The position numbers and the translations under genes were made by a program. Of a stretch of DNA of 64,000 bases, positions 13,251 to 26,610 are shown piece after piece. The DNA is from Octopus vulgaris (lineage: Eukaryota): positions 192,386,001 through 192,450,000 of the forward strand of contig OX597814.1 in the NCBI GenBank assembly GCA_951406725.2, read 5' to 3'. The stretch's first letter is position 1; every line of letters starts with the position of its first letter. The notes below the pieces were generated by a model. The model was not told the DNA's origin, searched no databases, and worked only from the letters and a program-made list of their open reading frames with translations.

Positions 13251-14002
13251 AAAACAGGTTCTATTGTAAGTGGCGAGACCACAGGAGAACCTACGAATGT
13301 TTCGTAGGCTGGTTGTGCAAAGCTTATCCTGATATATCAACGTCTTTTATTCCAAAGTCTTGTCCAAAATTAGATTTGGCTCTAAAATGCATAACGTCAA
13401 AGAAACTGGAAGTAAGCATTGAGGCAGTGGAGCTTAGAATTTCGGAGAGACAGAATAAATATGTAAAGTATACTAGCCATCTTAATATGGCTAACCACTA
13501 GGGGTGGGGGGTGTTACTGTAGCTTTTTAGCCCCAGGAGATCATCGTCTCCAGCTGGCTTTAGACACAATCCTGTGCCCTTTAATGATATTCGCAAAGGG
13601 AGGTCATCCCCTCTCGAAAACCTAAGTGATATGCATGGACTGCAGTTTCGAGATTATTGTCTCTTGTCAACACACGCTAATCACAGGTTTTCTATAAGAG
13701 AGACCTGTTTGCGAATATCTATTTAATGTTTTTCCCAGTAACCTCTGTCACTAATTTCGAAAAACTGTCTGAAGGCAATAATAAATCTCTGAGCGAGATG
13801 TAAAATAAATATGGTTTATAAAAAAAAAATGAAAGAATTATTACAATATTTCTAGAATATAGCGTAAAACATTAAAGCATTTTAGTTGTAAGTATCACCA
13901 AATATCTAAGGTTCTAAGGAATGTTTATAAATAATTTTATAAGTAAACATGCAAACTGTGTTTTACCATATGGTCACATATACATTTATATTATATAATA
14001 AT

Positions 14003-14386
14003 AGGCACTCTGTCGGTTACGACGACGAGGGTTCCAGTTGATCCGATCAGCGGAATAGCCTGCTCGTGAAATTAACGTGCAACTGGCTGAGCACTCCATA
14101 GACACGTGCACCCTTAACGTAGTTTTCGGGGGAGATTCAGCGTGACACACAGTGTGTGACAAGGCTGGCCCTTTGAAATACAGGTACAACAGAAACAAGA
14201 AGAAAGAGTGAGAGAAAGTTGTGGTGAAAGAGTACGGCAGGATCCTCCACCATCCCCTGCCGCAGCCTCGTGGAGCTTTACGTGTCTTCGCTCAATAAAC
14301 ACTCACAACGCCCAGTCTGGGAATCGAAACCGCTATCCTACGACCGCGAGTCCGCTGCCCTAACCACTGGGCCATTGCGCCTCCAC
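14003..14386 (-). mobile_element. tRNA-derived SINE family D
   Basis: Minus head ggaggcgcaatggcccagtggttagggcagcggactcgcgg...ggtttcgattccc (A and B boxes). Related heads at 20752, 25620 and 59713. Confidence 0.75.
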
Positions 14387-14820
14387 ATTTATATTATGTA
14401 TGACAATCTAAATAGTATGATGTAACGGTGTAACGCACTGACGGATTGAACATAACGTATGGGATTCAACCAACATTACTTTATCTTTATAGCAATTATA
14501 TTATACGACAAACTTCGTCTTAGCATGTGGTTGGATGTGAGTACATGTTATTGACAATGCCCGAGAAGGCAGAAATACAATAAGCGCTCTCGTCGACCAC
14601 TTTTCGGACGATTTTCATCTACCTCCGATATATATTGTCTGTTGTGTTTTAAATACAGAAAATCCATGAGATATTATTCCAAGATGAATACATCAGTAAA
14701 TTTGCCTTCCGTGATGTATTTACATTAGGTGCGCTACACAAATGGCTATTTTAATCTAATATTGCTCCTGTTGTATACATCAAGCTTGATGTTTACTTAT
14801 TTCTTCGCCACCCATTTAAG

Positions 14821-15732
14821 AACCCGGTAATTTTCGGGAAAGCGGGGTTTATCCCTTGGCTCCATTCTCATACTTGTTTCGCTAAACCAGTAACAACAAT
14901 ACAAAGTATGTCGCCCTTAAAACTGTTTTTGCGCACTTATTGAGAATATCGAACTGTTTTACACAGGATCTTGTTTTTAGGAATTCTCAATAAGTTATGA
15001 ATACCAAAATTGTGAAGTCAGTTATGTTATAACATGAAATTAATTACCCGATAGTAAGAATTCAAATAAAGTAGCCCCGAAAGAGGCTTTAATGCGTTCT
15101 CAGAGTATATAGAACTTAGGAGGAAATACTAATAGGGTATGTATCCTAAAATCGTGAAGCATGTTACGTAATAACAATCTAATCAGATATGAGATAATAA
15201 CAATTCAAAGTAAATAACTCTGAAAAGGGCTTCTGTGCCTTCCCAGAGAATATTAACCCTCAGTAGCGCTAGTGTTGGTATATTAGTGAATAAATCACTA
15301 ACCGAAATGAGTGGATCTATTGTTTAGGGAAATACTATTTACTTGTTTAAGGGTTGTACTGGATAAATTGCGAAAATAACTCAAATAGTTCAAATACTAA
15401 GAAATAAGCATACTCAATTTGTTTTATACGAAATAATTTACGAACATGAATGGGTTATTTCCCTTGGCTATATGTAAGGATCCCTTTCAGGAGCGAATGG
15501 ATTATTTCCCTAGGATGTTTAAAAATAATATATTAGTTATACGTAGTAGATATAAGAATCCCTTCCAGGGGCTCTATTATCGATTTTTCAACAATCTGAG
15601 TATTTCACTAGTTTTCATGACATGATTTCTACTCACGTATTAAGTTTTATCAAATTCTATAAAACGATGTAGGAGGAGTTATATAACAACGCCACAAACA
15701 AACACAACCACAGATTTCCACATATGTAGTAG
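14821..15732 (-). mobile_element. Non-autonomous Helitron (same family as 34453-35839)
   Basis: Shares terminal segments with 35600-35839 and with the acccggtaatt...cggg hairpin end; internal part is homologous to 7286-7490. Confidence 0.6.
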
Positions 15733-15845
15733 ATATACACCAGAGTAAGCACATAAATGTGAACAAGGTGAAGAAAATAGTACTCGAATACCGGAGGTAG
15801 AGTAATATGCTTTATTCATCGGACAGTTTTGATGAGAATCTAACC

Positions 15846-15891
15846 AAAACTGTTCTACGAACGGGAACGTGAAACTCTGAGTAACAGTTTT
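15846..15891 (+). ncRNA. Degenerate type I hammerhead-ribozyme-like motif (Penelope pLTR-type)
   Basis: aaaactgt-tCTACGA-acg(ggaa)cgt-GAAA-ctctgag-TA-acagtttt: stems I, II and III can pair, but the CUGANGA core lacks one base. Confidence 0.5.
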
Positions 15892-16093
15892 TGTGATGTC
15901 TTTGCAGCTTTATCAATAAAGTATGTGTGTATGCTCGAAATGAGGAGTAGATGGACAGCCGACAACTGATGAAGGGTCGTTCTTTATATTACTCGTCCTG
16001 TTTACGATTTGTTTCCCTCGTTCTTTGCTTATTCAACTCATTTATTTTCGTATATCATGTTGTTTACGGTTTGTGACGTCCTGTACCCATATA

Positions 16094-16163
<70 letters not shown>

Positions 16164-16434
16164 AGTCGATTTTAAAGTCAAAGGATTAAGGTTTAGAAAG
16201 TATGCGTTAACCGTAGTATCCAAACCTTGTTTCAAGGTAAGTCGTGTGTCTGCAGAGCACATTCCCCACTTATGCATCATCAGCGATACTTTGCTTTCAT
16301 CATTGGATCAACTTCCAGGAATTCCAGAGTGTGCGTAGTGTATATATATTAAAGATTAATAGAGAAGAAGGAGTGTACCAAAAAGCAATTTATTATCACT
16401 TGCTTTTTGGTACATTCCATCTTCGCTACTAATC

Positions 16435-16471
<37 letters not shown>

Positions 16472-18126
16472 TATGTATGTATTTATGTATGTATACACAC
16501 ACACATATACACTACACGGTCGCCATTTATTGTTCATAGATGTTTTCCACTTTCCCTTTTTATTTTTTTTTTTACTCATGATCTGACTCTTTTCTAATTA
16601 GTTATTCGCAACAAACCTCACTTCTCTCCAGAAATTTATTTCTTTAATCTTCTTATCTGATTCGGTGCTATAGAGGAGAATTAGATATTTTCGGTCTAAC
16701 TGTAAATTTCAAAACAACCTGCTTAATTCACCTTTTAAATGTTTTTGGTTTTTGTTTTGCTTTGTTTCTCATTAGAAATGCAAGGTAATGATAATAATTT
16801 CTTATATTGGTAAAGCACTAAGTTTAACAGACGAGATATAGCCAATTGGATTGATAGGGCTTTCGTTTTACCAACACCAAAGGAGTGAAAGCCAGTAGAC
16901 TTAATCTGTTACCCGATTTAGTTCTATATCCAGACCCTTAGATGTTTATTTAGTAAGGCCTTCTACAATCTAAACTTTCAGGCCAAGTCTCTGGTCAAAG
17001 GATAACTTCCTCTCGCCAATCTTGGATACCATGAAAAGGGTCATGGATGTTGTTCTCTCTCCTCCGACGAAGCCATTAAAAATATTAATTCTGGTTAAGA
17101 TTTAACCTCAGAATGTGAGGTTGCCTCATGTATCTCATGTTATCTTTTCGTCTGAATAAAATCAATGACCATATCAAACACTAAAGGAGTGACAAAATAT
17201 ATCTTGGTTTTTATTCATTTTTAATTCTTATTTCACTTATTTATTTATTTATTAAAAAATGATACGATCTACCAATTTTCTTGGTAAACTGAATATCTGG
17301 CGGGGGTGAGGCACTATAGGTTTTAGGTTCATGGTGTTCTGAGCAAAAAGGATTCTGCGAATAAAGTTTTCTTAAAGTCAACAGAAATTACGAGTAATAT
17401 ACTGTTTCACTTTTACCTCGTAAACATTTAAACTTCAGGTTCTTAAGCTGTTTTAAATAAATAAATAAATTGATTTCTTGTACTTTAAGCACAAGGCCTG
17501 AAATTTTGGGTGAGGGGGCAAGTAGATTATATCGACTCTAGTGCTCGACTGGTACTTATTTTATCGACCTCGACAGGATGAAAGGCAAAGTCGACCTCGG
17601 TAGAATTTGACCTCAGAACGTAATCTTTTCTATTCTAGGCACAAGGCTCGAAATTTGAGGGGGGGCAGTCACTTAGATCGACCCAGTACGCAAATGGTAC
17701 TTGATTTATCGACCTCGACAGGATAAAAGGCAAAGTCGACCTCGGCGGAATAAAAGGCAAAGTCGACCTCGGCGGAATTTGAACTCAGAACATAATGACA
17801 GACGAAATGCTTATAAGCACTTTGTCCGACGTGCTAACGTTTCTGCCAGATCACCGCTTCAAAATAAAATAAAATTTTAAAATAAGGTGGTTAGCTCGTT
17901 TAATCGTTAGAACGTCGGAAAAATATATGGTTCTATTTGTTCCAACTCTTTACATTTTGAGTTTAAAATCCCGTTGAAAACAACCTTTCCTTTGATTCCT
18001 CCAGAGTCGATTAAATAAAGTGGTCTCTTAAATTTTTTTTTAAGCCATCAAAATGTTCTCAAATTTTCTTCACTGATACAGTTGTACATAACGATGACGA
18101 AAATGGCATTCATTTCTATCTAGAAA

Positions 18127-18514
18127 TCTTTATATATAAAAGTAAGGTTGTGTGTCTGTCTACTCCGATTTAGATTCCTAACTACTCCCACATTTTGCGG
18201 TGCAGTTTAACCAAAACCGGGTATCTTATAGTCGTGATTCATATCGAGCCCTTCTGGGTATTAGCGCGCGTCTACGATGAGTCTACGATTTTAAAAATAA
18301 TTTACCATCATTTTTTCCATTTTAATGCATATTTTTTTAAAGGGAAGTAACTCTCTAAAAATGTCTACGATGAGTCAGCGATTTTTATAAAAATTTACCA
18401 TCATATTTTTTCCATTTTTAATGCATTTTTTTGCTATTTTTGGTTATAACTCTCTAAAAATGCTTTATAGTTATTTCCCTTACAAACCCGAGCAACGCCG
18501 GGCGATACTGCTAG
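18127..18514 (+). mobile_element. Non-autonomous Helitron
   Basis: 5' TC start (a|tctttatatataaaag), 3' hairpin cccg-agcaacg-ccggg followed by CTAG|t; sits between A and T with no TSD. Confidence 0.8.
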
Positions 18515-18936
18515 TTAATAATAAAGAAAATGTTACAAGCCTTTAAAGTTATATCATTTTAGTCAACCGCAAGCTTTCTACATACCGGATGTCGTAATTG
18601 TCTCTTTCCTTGATAATTGCATTCATCTTCCTCTTTCGACTTGTGATTCTGTTTGTGTATTCCTGAGTGAAGAAATCGATCACAGTCGGTTTGTGTGTGA
18701 AGAAAATAGGAAAATATGTATGTACCTCGTGTAAATAATTGTTGTAATTAACATCCGTAGTGTTACTGAATCCTATTTTCTTCACACGAAGGATCTACTT
18801 CGTAACCCATTAAAGACTGGCGGTCCAATCTTGAAATGTCGAAATTGACGAAACAATGTTTTCTAGGCGGAAATATAATAAAAGTAGCATGTGTCTTCTC
18901 GAGATCATGACACACTGGAAAAAAACATTAGACAAT

Positions 18937-19777
18937 CGCAGGAGTGGCTGTGTGGTAAGTAGCTTGCTAACCAACCACATGGTTCCGGGTTCAGTCCCAC
19001 TGCGTGGCATCTTGGGCAAATGTCTTTTGCTATAAGCCCCGGGCCGACCAATGCCTTGTGAGTGGATTTGGTAGACGGAAACTGAAAGAAGCCCGTCGTA
19101 TATATGTATATATGTATATATATATAAGTGTGTGTGTACATGTTTGTGTGTCTGTGTTTGTCCCCCCAGCATTGCTTGACAACCGATGCTGGTGTGTTTA
19201 CGTCCCCGTCACTTAGCGGTTCGGCAAAAGAGACCGATAGAATAAGTACTGGGCTTACAAAGAATAAGTCCCGGGGTCGATTTGTTTGACTAAAGGCGGT
19301 GTTCCAGCATGGCCGCAGTCAAATGATTGAAACAAGTAAAAGAGTAATCGATTCTAAAATTACGTAACTCTGAAGACATTCTTTTATTCTTTTATTAAGT
19401 TTCAGTCATTTGACTGCGGCGATGCTGGAGCACCGCCTTTAGTCGAGCAAATCGACCCCAGGACTTATTCTTTGTAAGCCTAGTACTTATTCTATCGATC
19501 TTTTGCCGAACCGTTAAGTTACAGGGACGTAAACACTCCAGCATCGGTTGTCAAGCGATGTTGGGGGGGGGGGACAAACTAAGACACACAAACACACACA
19601 CACACACACACACACATACATATACGACGGACTTCTTTCAGTTTCCATCTACCAAATCCACTCACAAGGCTTTGGTGGCCCGAGGCTATTGTAGAAGACA
19701 CTTTCCCAAGGTGCCACGCAATGGGATTGAATCCGGAACCATGTGGTTGGTAAGCAAGCTACTTACCACTCAGCCAC
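18937..19777. mobile_element. Inverted pair of tRNA-derived SINE family A copies (18937-19347 +, 19383-19777 -)
   Basis: Head gcaggagtggctgtgtggtaag...ggttcagtccc (A/B boxes), central (TA/TG)n tract, tail gaaacaagtaaaagagtaa. Confidence 0.85.
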
Positions 19778-20335
19778 ACAGAGAAAATTGATGTTATTTT
19801 CGTCATTGATAACGAACAGAGTCAACAGATATTGAAGAGGCTGCAAGAAGCAACGAAAATTTAAGAAAAAAAAAAAATAATATGTAAATGATTGGAAATC
19901 GAAACCGGTGAGTGTGTTAATTAATAAGGCATAACAACACAATGACTCTTCTCGGACACAACAAAATATAAAACTGTATCAATGTAAGAAAAAAAAACAA
20001 AAAATTGTAATACATTCTGGTGGTTGTTTGAAAAACTTCAACTGGCTGAAAAAGTTTTTAAAGATCCAAGCACGGAGCCCGATGGTATCAAGAGCCCACT
20101 TCCTCTGAAAATTTGCCGGCGTTGTACTTTTATTTAGAAACCGTCATAGCTTTCGAAATTGCTCTTTGTTACGTTTGATATTCCATACATTTTTTTTTTT
20201 TTGTTACCAGACGACATTTGAAATGTCAAATATTAAACTATGTGCAAATATGAAAAAGAAAGTTAGGGAACAAATAAAACAAAATTAGGAAAGAAAGAGA
20301 AAGTATATTGTGAAATCTTATTCAACTCCTACACA

Positions 20336-20745
20336 GTGTGTGTGTGTGTGTGTGTGTGCGTGTGCGTGTGTGTGTTTGTGTGTATGTATGTATTCACGTA
20401 TGTATGTATGTATGTATGTATGTATGTATGCATGTATGTATGTATGTATGGATGTATGTATGCATGCATGCGTGTGTATGTGTGTGTGTATGAATGCATG
20501 TATGTAAGTATGTATGTATGTATGTATGTATGTATGTATGTATGTATGTATGCATGTGTGTGAATGAATGCATGTATGTATGTATGTATGTATGTATGTA
20601 TGTATGTATGTATGCATGTATGTATGTATGTATATGTATGTATGCATGTGTGTGAATGAATGCATGTATGTATGTATGTATGCATGTATGTATGTATGTA
20701 TGTATGTATGTATGTATGTATGTATGTATGTATGTATGTATGTAT
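20336..20745. repeat. (TG)n/(TATG)n compound microsatellite
   Basis: Directly visible. Confidence 0.95.
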
Positions 20746-20751
20746 GGATAG

Positions 20752-21050
20752 TGGAGACACATGGCCTAGTGGTTAGAACAGCGAGTCCGCGGTCGAAGGA
20801 TCGCGGGATCGAATCTTAGACCGGGCGATATGTGTGTTTATGAGCGAAACACCTAAGCTCCACGCGGTTCCGGCAGAAGGTAATGGCAAACCTCAGCTGA
20901 CTCTTTCGCCACAACTTCCACTCACTGTTTCCTCCTGCATCTTGCAGCTCACCTACGACGGACCGACGTCCCGTCCAGGTGGGGAACCTATACGCCAATG
21001 AAACCGGGAAACCGGCCCTTATGAGCCTGGCGTAGCTCAAGAAAGAACAA
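20752..21050 (+). mobile_element. tRNA-derived SINE family D
   Basis: Head tggcctagtggttagaacagcg...ggatcgaatc; body shared with 25620-25915. Confidence 0.75.
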
Positions 21051-21451
21051 ACATGTAATGTATGCATGCGTGTGTGTGTGTGTGTATGTATTTATGTATT
21101 ATATTGTTATATAAAATGGATCTCCGTTGGTTTCGATGTTAAGTATTTAATGTGGAAGTGACCGAGTATTCCTGACACGTAGGCCCTTAATATAACTTTC
21201 AGAGTCAGCCTCACACAATGTGACAAGGTCGATCCTTTCAATTACAGATGCAAAGAATCGACAGGTTTCAGCACAGTTTCCGTTTGTCCAGTTTCATTCA
21301 TGATATTTGCTTTGATGGGGAGTATTGTAAAAGACTCTTACCCCACGACAAAATGCTGCGCGGTGCGATCGAAACCAGGACGTCGTGGATACGAAGCGGA
21401 CCCCAAGATCATTCGGTTATGCTACATCTACTTTTCCTCACGTCCGTCCAT

Positions 21452-21492
<41 letters not shown>

Positions 21493-22127
21493 CTGGTGGC
21501 ACGTGAAAACAGATGTATTAGTATAACGTTCAGGAATAGAAAAAGTATGTTACGTTTCGAGCCTACGCTCTTCTACAGAAAGGGACACAGAAAAAAACAA
21601 GGAGAGAAAATAAGAGAGAGAATATATATATATATATATATATAGTAAAGTTAGATATATATATTAAAGTTAGATAAAGCCGATTTACACACACACACAT
21701 ACACACACACACATACACACACACAACCATCCCCGATGAAGTCATAGGGTGATACACAAGCATTCAACTATGAGTGCATCTTTTAGCTGAAACACTTGTA
21801 AGCTAATGCACTTTATGACATAACTTCTAATTCCCTTGTCATTTTAATTTGATACGTGTGTGTATCTATATACATACATACATCCATCCATACATAGTGC
21901 ACATACACGCACACACACATACACACACACACGTACACCCACCCACATTCGCATACATCAAACCCAACCTATCTGCTATCCAAATACAACGCCCCAGTCA
22001 TTATGCAGCTCATTTTGTAGATTAACGTATTTATTTTTCGTTAATGTAATTTGTTTTCCTTTTATTTCGGCAAAAAAAAAAAGAAGAGAAATAATTATAA
22101 TAAAATGTAGGTAGGTATTTCAAACTC

Positions 22128-22135
22128 TATAAATA
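22128..22135 (+). promoter_or_regulatory. TATA box of the Ly6/Gly-rich gene
   Basis: TATAAATA about 60 bp upstream of the ATG at 22189, with an Inr-like agtca about 28 bp downstream of it. Confidence 0.6.
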
Positions 22136-22188
22136 CTGAATGAATGGGTTTCTAGAGTCATAAGAAGTAATCCTGAAAAACGATCAAC

Positions 22189-22237
22189 ATGTACTCCCGG
22201 AGTGCAACGTTGGTTCTTGTCTTCATCTTCTGTGCAG
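22189..22237 (+). CDS. Secreted Ly6/uPAR-domain Gly-rich protein, exon 1 (signal peptide)
   Basis: caacATG start, MYSRSATLVLVFIFCA, then G|gtaaaa donor. Phase 1 joins exon 2 in frame to give signal peptide MYSRSATLVLVFIFCAAPAVWS. Confidence 0.75.
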
Positions 22238-22606
22238 GTAAAATACACTAATATAGTTCATATTTTCCTTTTTGTTTGCGTTAATAGTAATTTCGTTGTT
22301 AATTGTAATTTCTTATTTTTAATTCGCTTATTTAAATATGTACAGCCACCGATATTTTGTGTCTGACGTAATGAAACGACTCCATTTTGTTGAGTGACAG
22401 GCGTTAGAACTGGCTGAAATTAGAGGCCATGTGAAATTCTTTTATTATAATTTTAAGAGGAGAATTTGATCTCACCTCTTCGTGTTGTTGAAATATTCTT
22501 TAATAATATATACGTTGGCCAACTCGGTAGGGTGACGGACAGAATGATTGGGAGTATTTAGTTTTACTTCTTTAGGTTCAGGTTTCGAATCCTACAAAAG
22601 TCAAAG

Positions 22607-23014
22607 GGATCTTTTCGGTTTGAACGGCAGTTTTTTTTCTAGCGGTGTCATATGAAATTGTCACCCATAATTATGACCCTGGTATCGATCTATTGCATTT
22701 CAATCTGTTTTAGGGTTACGGGGAAGAGTATCTCTTTTTCTTCAGAAATGTAAATAAACCCAATCTGTTTCTTAAACGAGGCACATATTCATACGACACA
22801 GAATGTTTTCACCTCAATAGACGTCATTGATTGGTTGAAATTGCAGAAATTGAAGAAAAAAAACAACAAATATCTTACAAACTATAGAATTTTCTCAATA
22901 AAGCCAAGAAAAAAAGATGTTTTATAAACACATTCTACCAGTATACGAAGTTTAAAAGTGTTTAGTTACGTGGAAATTATTAAAAAAAAACTGCCGTTCA
23001 AACCGAAAAGATCC
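22607..23014. mobile_element. Second copy of the Merlin-like MITE (opposite orientation), in intron 1
   Basis: TIRs ggatcttttcggtttgaacggcag / ctgccgttcaaaccgaaaagatcc; body is the reverse complement of 12819-13250; TSD not preserved. Confidence 0.8.
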
Positions 23015-23186
23015 GGTTGTAATAATCGAGAACGCGCCTCTTTTTCTGGATGGGAAACTATGTACCTATATCAGAAAACTATAATATACTGTTACTAACA
23101 TCATGAGGTTGTTCTTACTGTTGATTACACAACGTTTCCACTGTCTGAAGTGGAAATGAAGTCAGCGAATTTATGTATCTTGAAAG

Positions 23187-23628
23187 TTTTACTCATTTAC
23201 TTGCGTCAGTCATTTGACTGCGGCCATGCTGGAGCACCGCCTTTAGTCGAGCAAATTTACCCCCAGAACTTATTCTTTGGAAGCCTAGTACTTATTCTAT
23301 CGGTCTCTCTTGCCGAACCGCTAAGTTACGGGGACGTAAACACACTACCATCGGTTGTCAAGTAATGTTGGGGGGATAAACACAGATACACAAACATATA
23401 CACACATATACATATATATATATATATATATAAATATACATATATATATAAATATACATATATACGACAGGATTCTTTCAGTTTCCGTCTACCAAATCCA
23501 CTCACAAGGATTTGGTCGGCTCGAGGCTATAGTAGAAGACACTTGCCCAAGGTGCCGTGCAGTGGGACTGAATCCGGAACCATGTGGTTGGTAAGCAAGC
23601 TACTTAGCACACAGCCACTCCTGCGCCT
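23187..23628 (-). mobile_element. SINE family A
   Basis: Full-length copy of the family A sequence. Confidence 0.85.
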
Positions 23629-23633
23629 TGGGT

Positions 23634-23745
23634 ATGCTCAAAATGCACACCTACTCGTTTCCTACCCGCGAGTGCCTCACCCGTGGAGGACGTGGCGATA
23701 ACACCTGCCGGCGGTGCGGCAGCGCATCCGAGAGGATCTCCCAGG
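23634..23745 (+). mobile_element. Fragment of an R2/NeSL-type LINE zinc-finger region
   Basis: GC-rich island translating MLKMHTYSFPTRECLTRGGRGDNTCRRCGSASERISQ, resembling the PTR..RG...CRxCG..ExxSH motif that precedes the RLE domain. Confidence 0.45.
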
Positions 23746-26139
23746 AAAATTCTAAAGTAGAGGCCCACAATCTCTTCCACAACCCTTAGAATAGTGTCAT
23801 AAATGTTTCTTCTTATACTTGATAGTATTTACAGCCAGGCAGACAAAGACCCACTGACCAAGAAGTTAGATTCGTAAAATCAGTTGAGCTTTGTGATACA
23901 TAGTTACGTCTCTTCACGTTCTGCGTTTAAATCTCTGACAATACTAATTAGTTTCATTGTCCTCACATCTCTGACAACATCAATTAATCCAATTGCCCTC
24001 ACATCCATTATGATATGCAAACAGTCGTAGATATCTTGATGTTTATCACCTTCGGTTACTTTCTCTTCTCAATGATCGTCAGTACAGTTTCAACAGTCGT
24101 ATCTACTGGAAACTTACACTTCTACATCACACTGCGCTCTCATATATCCTCATGGCTAATTATTCGGCTACTTGAGTTATATCTATTATCCCTGGTATAC
24201 CTCAGGGTTCTGTTATGTATTTCACGCTCTTCTTTCTCTACATGAATGACCTCACTCTTACTTCTAAGCTGACTCTTATACAAAGACTATTACACGTTAA
24301 GGCACCTTAATGGCTAAACTTTACAATAATGTCAACTAATGGCAACCTCAAAGATCAATCTTTTCCTTTTATGCTATTTCAGTTGATGAAATAATTATCC
24401 GTTAAGTACTGGGTATAATTTGATTGTACCGTTTCTCAAACTTTGAGGCCTTGTGCCTCATCAATCATCAGCCAAGTGCCCTTGCTACGACCAGGGGTCA
24501 GCTATCCAAGATTCTCCATTTCCCTCTCTGCTGTGCTGCATGCATACACCCATCCAGGCTCTTGTTTCCAGTCCATTCTTTGACGTCGTCGTCTACAAAT
24601 ATCTTTGACGATTTTATGTCTTATGTTCTCTTCTCTTGAATACTTTCTGTCAGGATGGTCTTGGGAAATAACTCGTGGCACAATCTACGTCCAAATATGA
24701 TGGGTTTATGGACTTGATTTTCGACACTAGGCATCTTCGAACTTCCATTTTTTCTAGTACTGCAGCGTTTGTTACGTTGTTTTCCAACTTATTCTGCCCA
24801 AACTGCGAGACATCTACGTCTCAAAGACATCCATTGCTCTGTGCATTGTCCAAGCTCGACACCAAAAATGTAGGTCGTTTATATAATGTGGACTCTACCA
24901 AAATGAACAAGATAGCGTTTATGCTTTTTCCTACACCGATGTTATCACAATTCTGACCTTTCCTGTCGTCTGCCTCAAATACTCAGCTTCTTTTATTTCA
25001 CTGTATCGTGCTGTTTTAATGCTGCTGCTATGACCAAAATTTTCCTCATCTTCCTCTGCGTCAATACTTCTCAGCCTTTTGTAACTCAGTCCTTCTTCTT
25101 TCACTAGTGTAGGGTGTGTGCAGACCGCACAAATGGGTAATTCTGTACATGCATTTACTGTAGTCGAAGGTATGTTACGTTTAAGGAAGGGTGGTCGATT
25201 TGGCTTCTTCACAGAACGGCCCTAAAAACCCAGCCTTTTACCGAAACGATGCTTTACCCCGTCTAAGATTTTTTTAAGTAGAAATTTATTTTAATCAAAC
25301 TACCCTGTAGTTTATTATTCATATTTTTATATTCTATTCCATGTAAGCCTGAGAGCCGTGGGTTAGGGATCCGGATGAGCATTTACCTATTTAACGCGGT
25401 AGTTTGACAAAATCATTAGAACATCTGACAAAAAATGCTTCATAGTATTAGTTACAAATCTTACAAATCCTACCGATGTTGTTCTTATAACTGTTTCCTA
25501 CCCGCTGAAATCAATACCAGTGATTATTCGTTGACAGATACATCTGGTAACAGAAAGATCAAACAAAGCAATAGTCTATTTACATGTCCTAGTATATAGG
25601 ATAAAAAGATAATAGTAATAATGGTCTAGTGGTTAGGGCAACGGACAACCGGTCGAAAGATCGCGGTTTCGATTCCCGGACCGGGCGTTGTGTGTGTGTT
25701 TATTGAGCAAAAACACCTAAAAGCTCCACGATGCTCCGGAAGGGGGTGGTAGTGATCCATGTTGTACTCTTTCGCCACAACTTTCTCTCACTCTCTCTTC
25801 CTATTTCTTGAGTAACGCTGCGATGGACTGGCGTCCCCTCCAGCTGGGGGGAACACATACGCCACAGAAACCGGGAAACCGGGCCCATGAGCCTAGCTAG
25901 GCTTGATAAGAGCGACGTTTATCGTTTTTAATACAAATCAAGTAATGTTGATGAAGTATTTTCTCCGAAACGTTAGGCTACTTCTTCCTCGCGGCTCTAT
26001 TTGAATTATTTGTATTACTTTTTTGTCCGCTAGTTCACTGTATTACCGTACAATATCATAGAGACTAGTGATTGTCCACCTTTTGTACTTCAGCGCTATT
26101 TTCTTTCAAATCATTCTCCAAAAGAACGTTACTCTCTCT

Positions 26140-26541
26140 CTTTACTCATTTACTTGTTTCAGTCATTTGACTGTGGCCATGCTGGAGCACCGCCTTTAGT
26201 CGAGCAAATTGACCCCGGGACTTATTCTTTGTAAGCCTAGTACTTATTCAATCGGTCTCTTTTGCCGAACCGTTAAGTTACGGGGACGTAAACACACCGG
26301 CATCAGTTGTCAAACGATGTTGGGGGGACAAATACAGACACACAAAGATTTACACACTCACACATATACATATATACGACAGGCTTCTTTCAGTTTCCGT
26401 CTACCAAATCCACTCACAAGGCTTTGGTCGAGCCCGAAGCTATAGTAAAAGACACTTGCCCAAGGTGCCATGCAGTGGGACTGAACCCGGAACCATGTGG
26501 CTGGTAAGCAAGCTACTTACCACACAGCCACTCCTGCGCCT
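26140..26541 (-). mobile_element. SINE family A
   Basis: Full-length copy ending 70 bp upstream of exon 2. Confidence 0.85.
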
Positions 26542-26610
26542 GACCAGGTTAAGACAAAACCTCACTGATATAAATTAACATGAAATTTCAATTTTTTTTA
26601 AAACTTTCAG

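Noticed and set aside
14330-14386. tRNA gene (also heads at 20752, 25620, 59713 and in SINE A/B)
   Set aside because: A/B boxes run directly into SINE bodies; no complete cloverleaf or acceptor stem.
18549-18863. Possible minus-strand exon after the acceptor tatttccgcctag
   Set aside because: All three frames stop early, no recognisable protein, and no partner exons were found.
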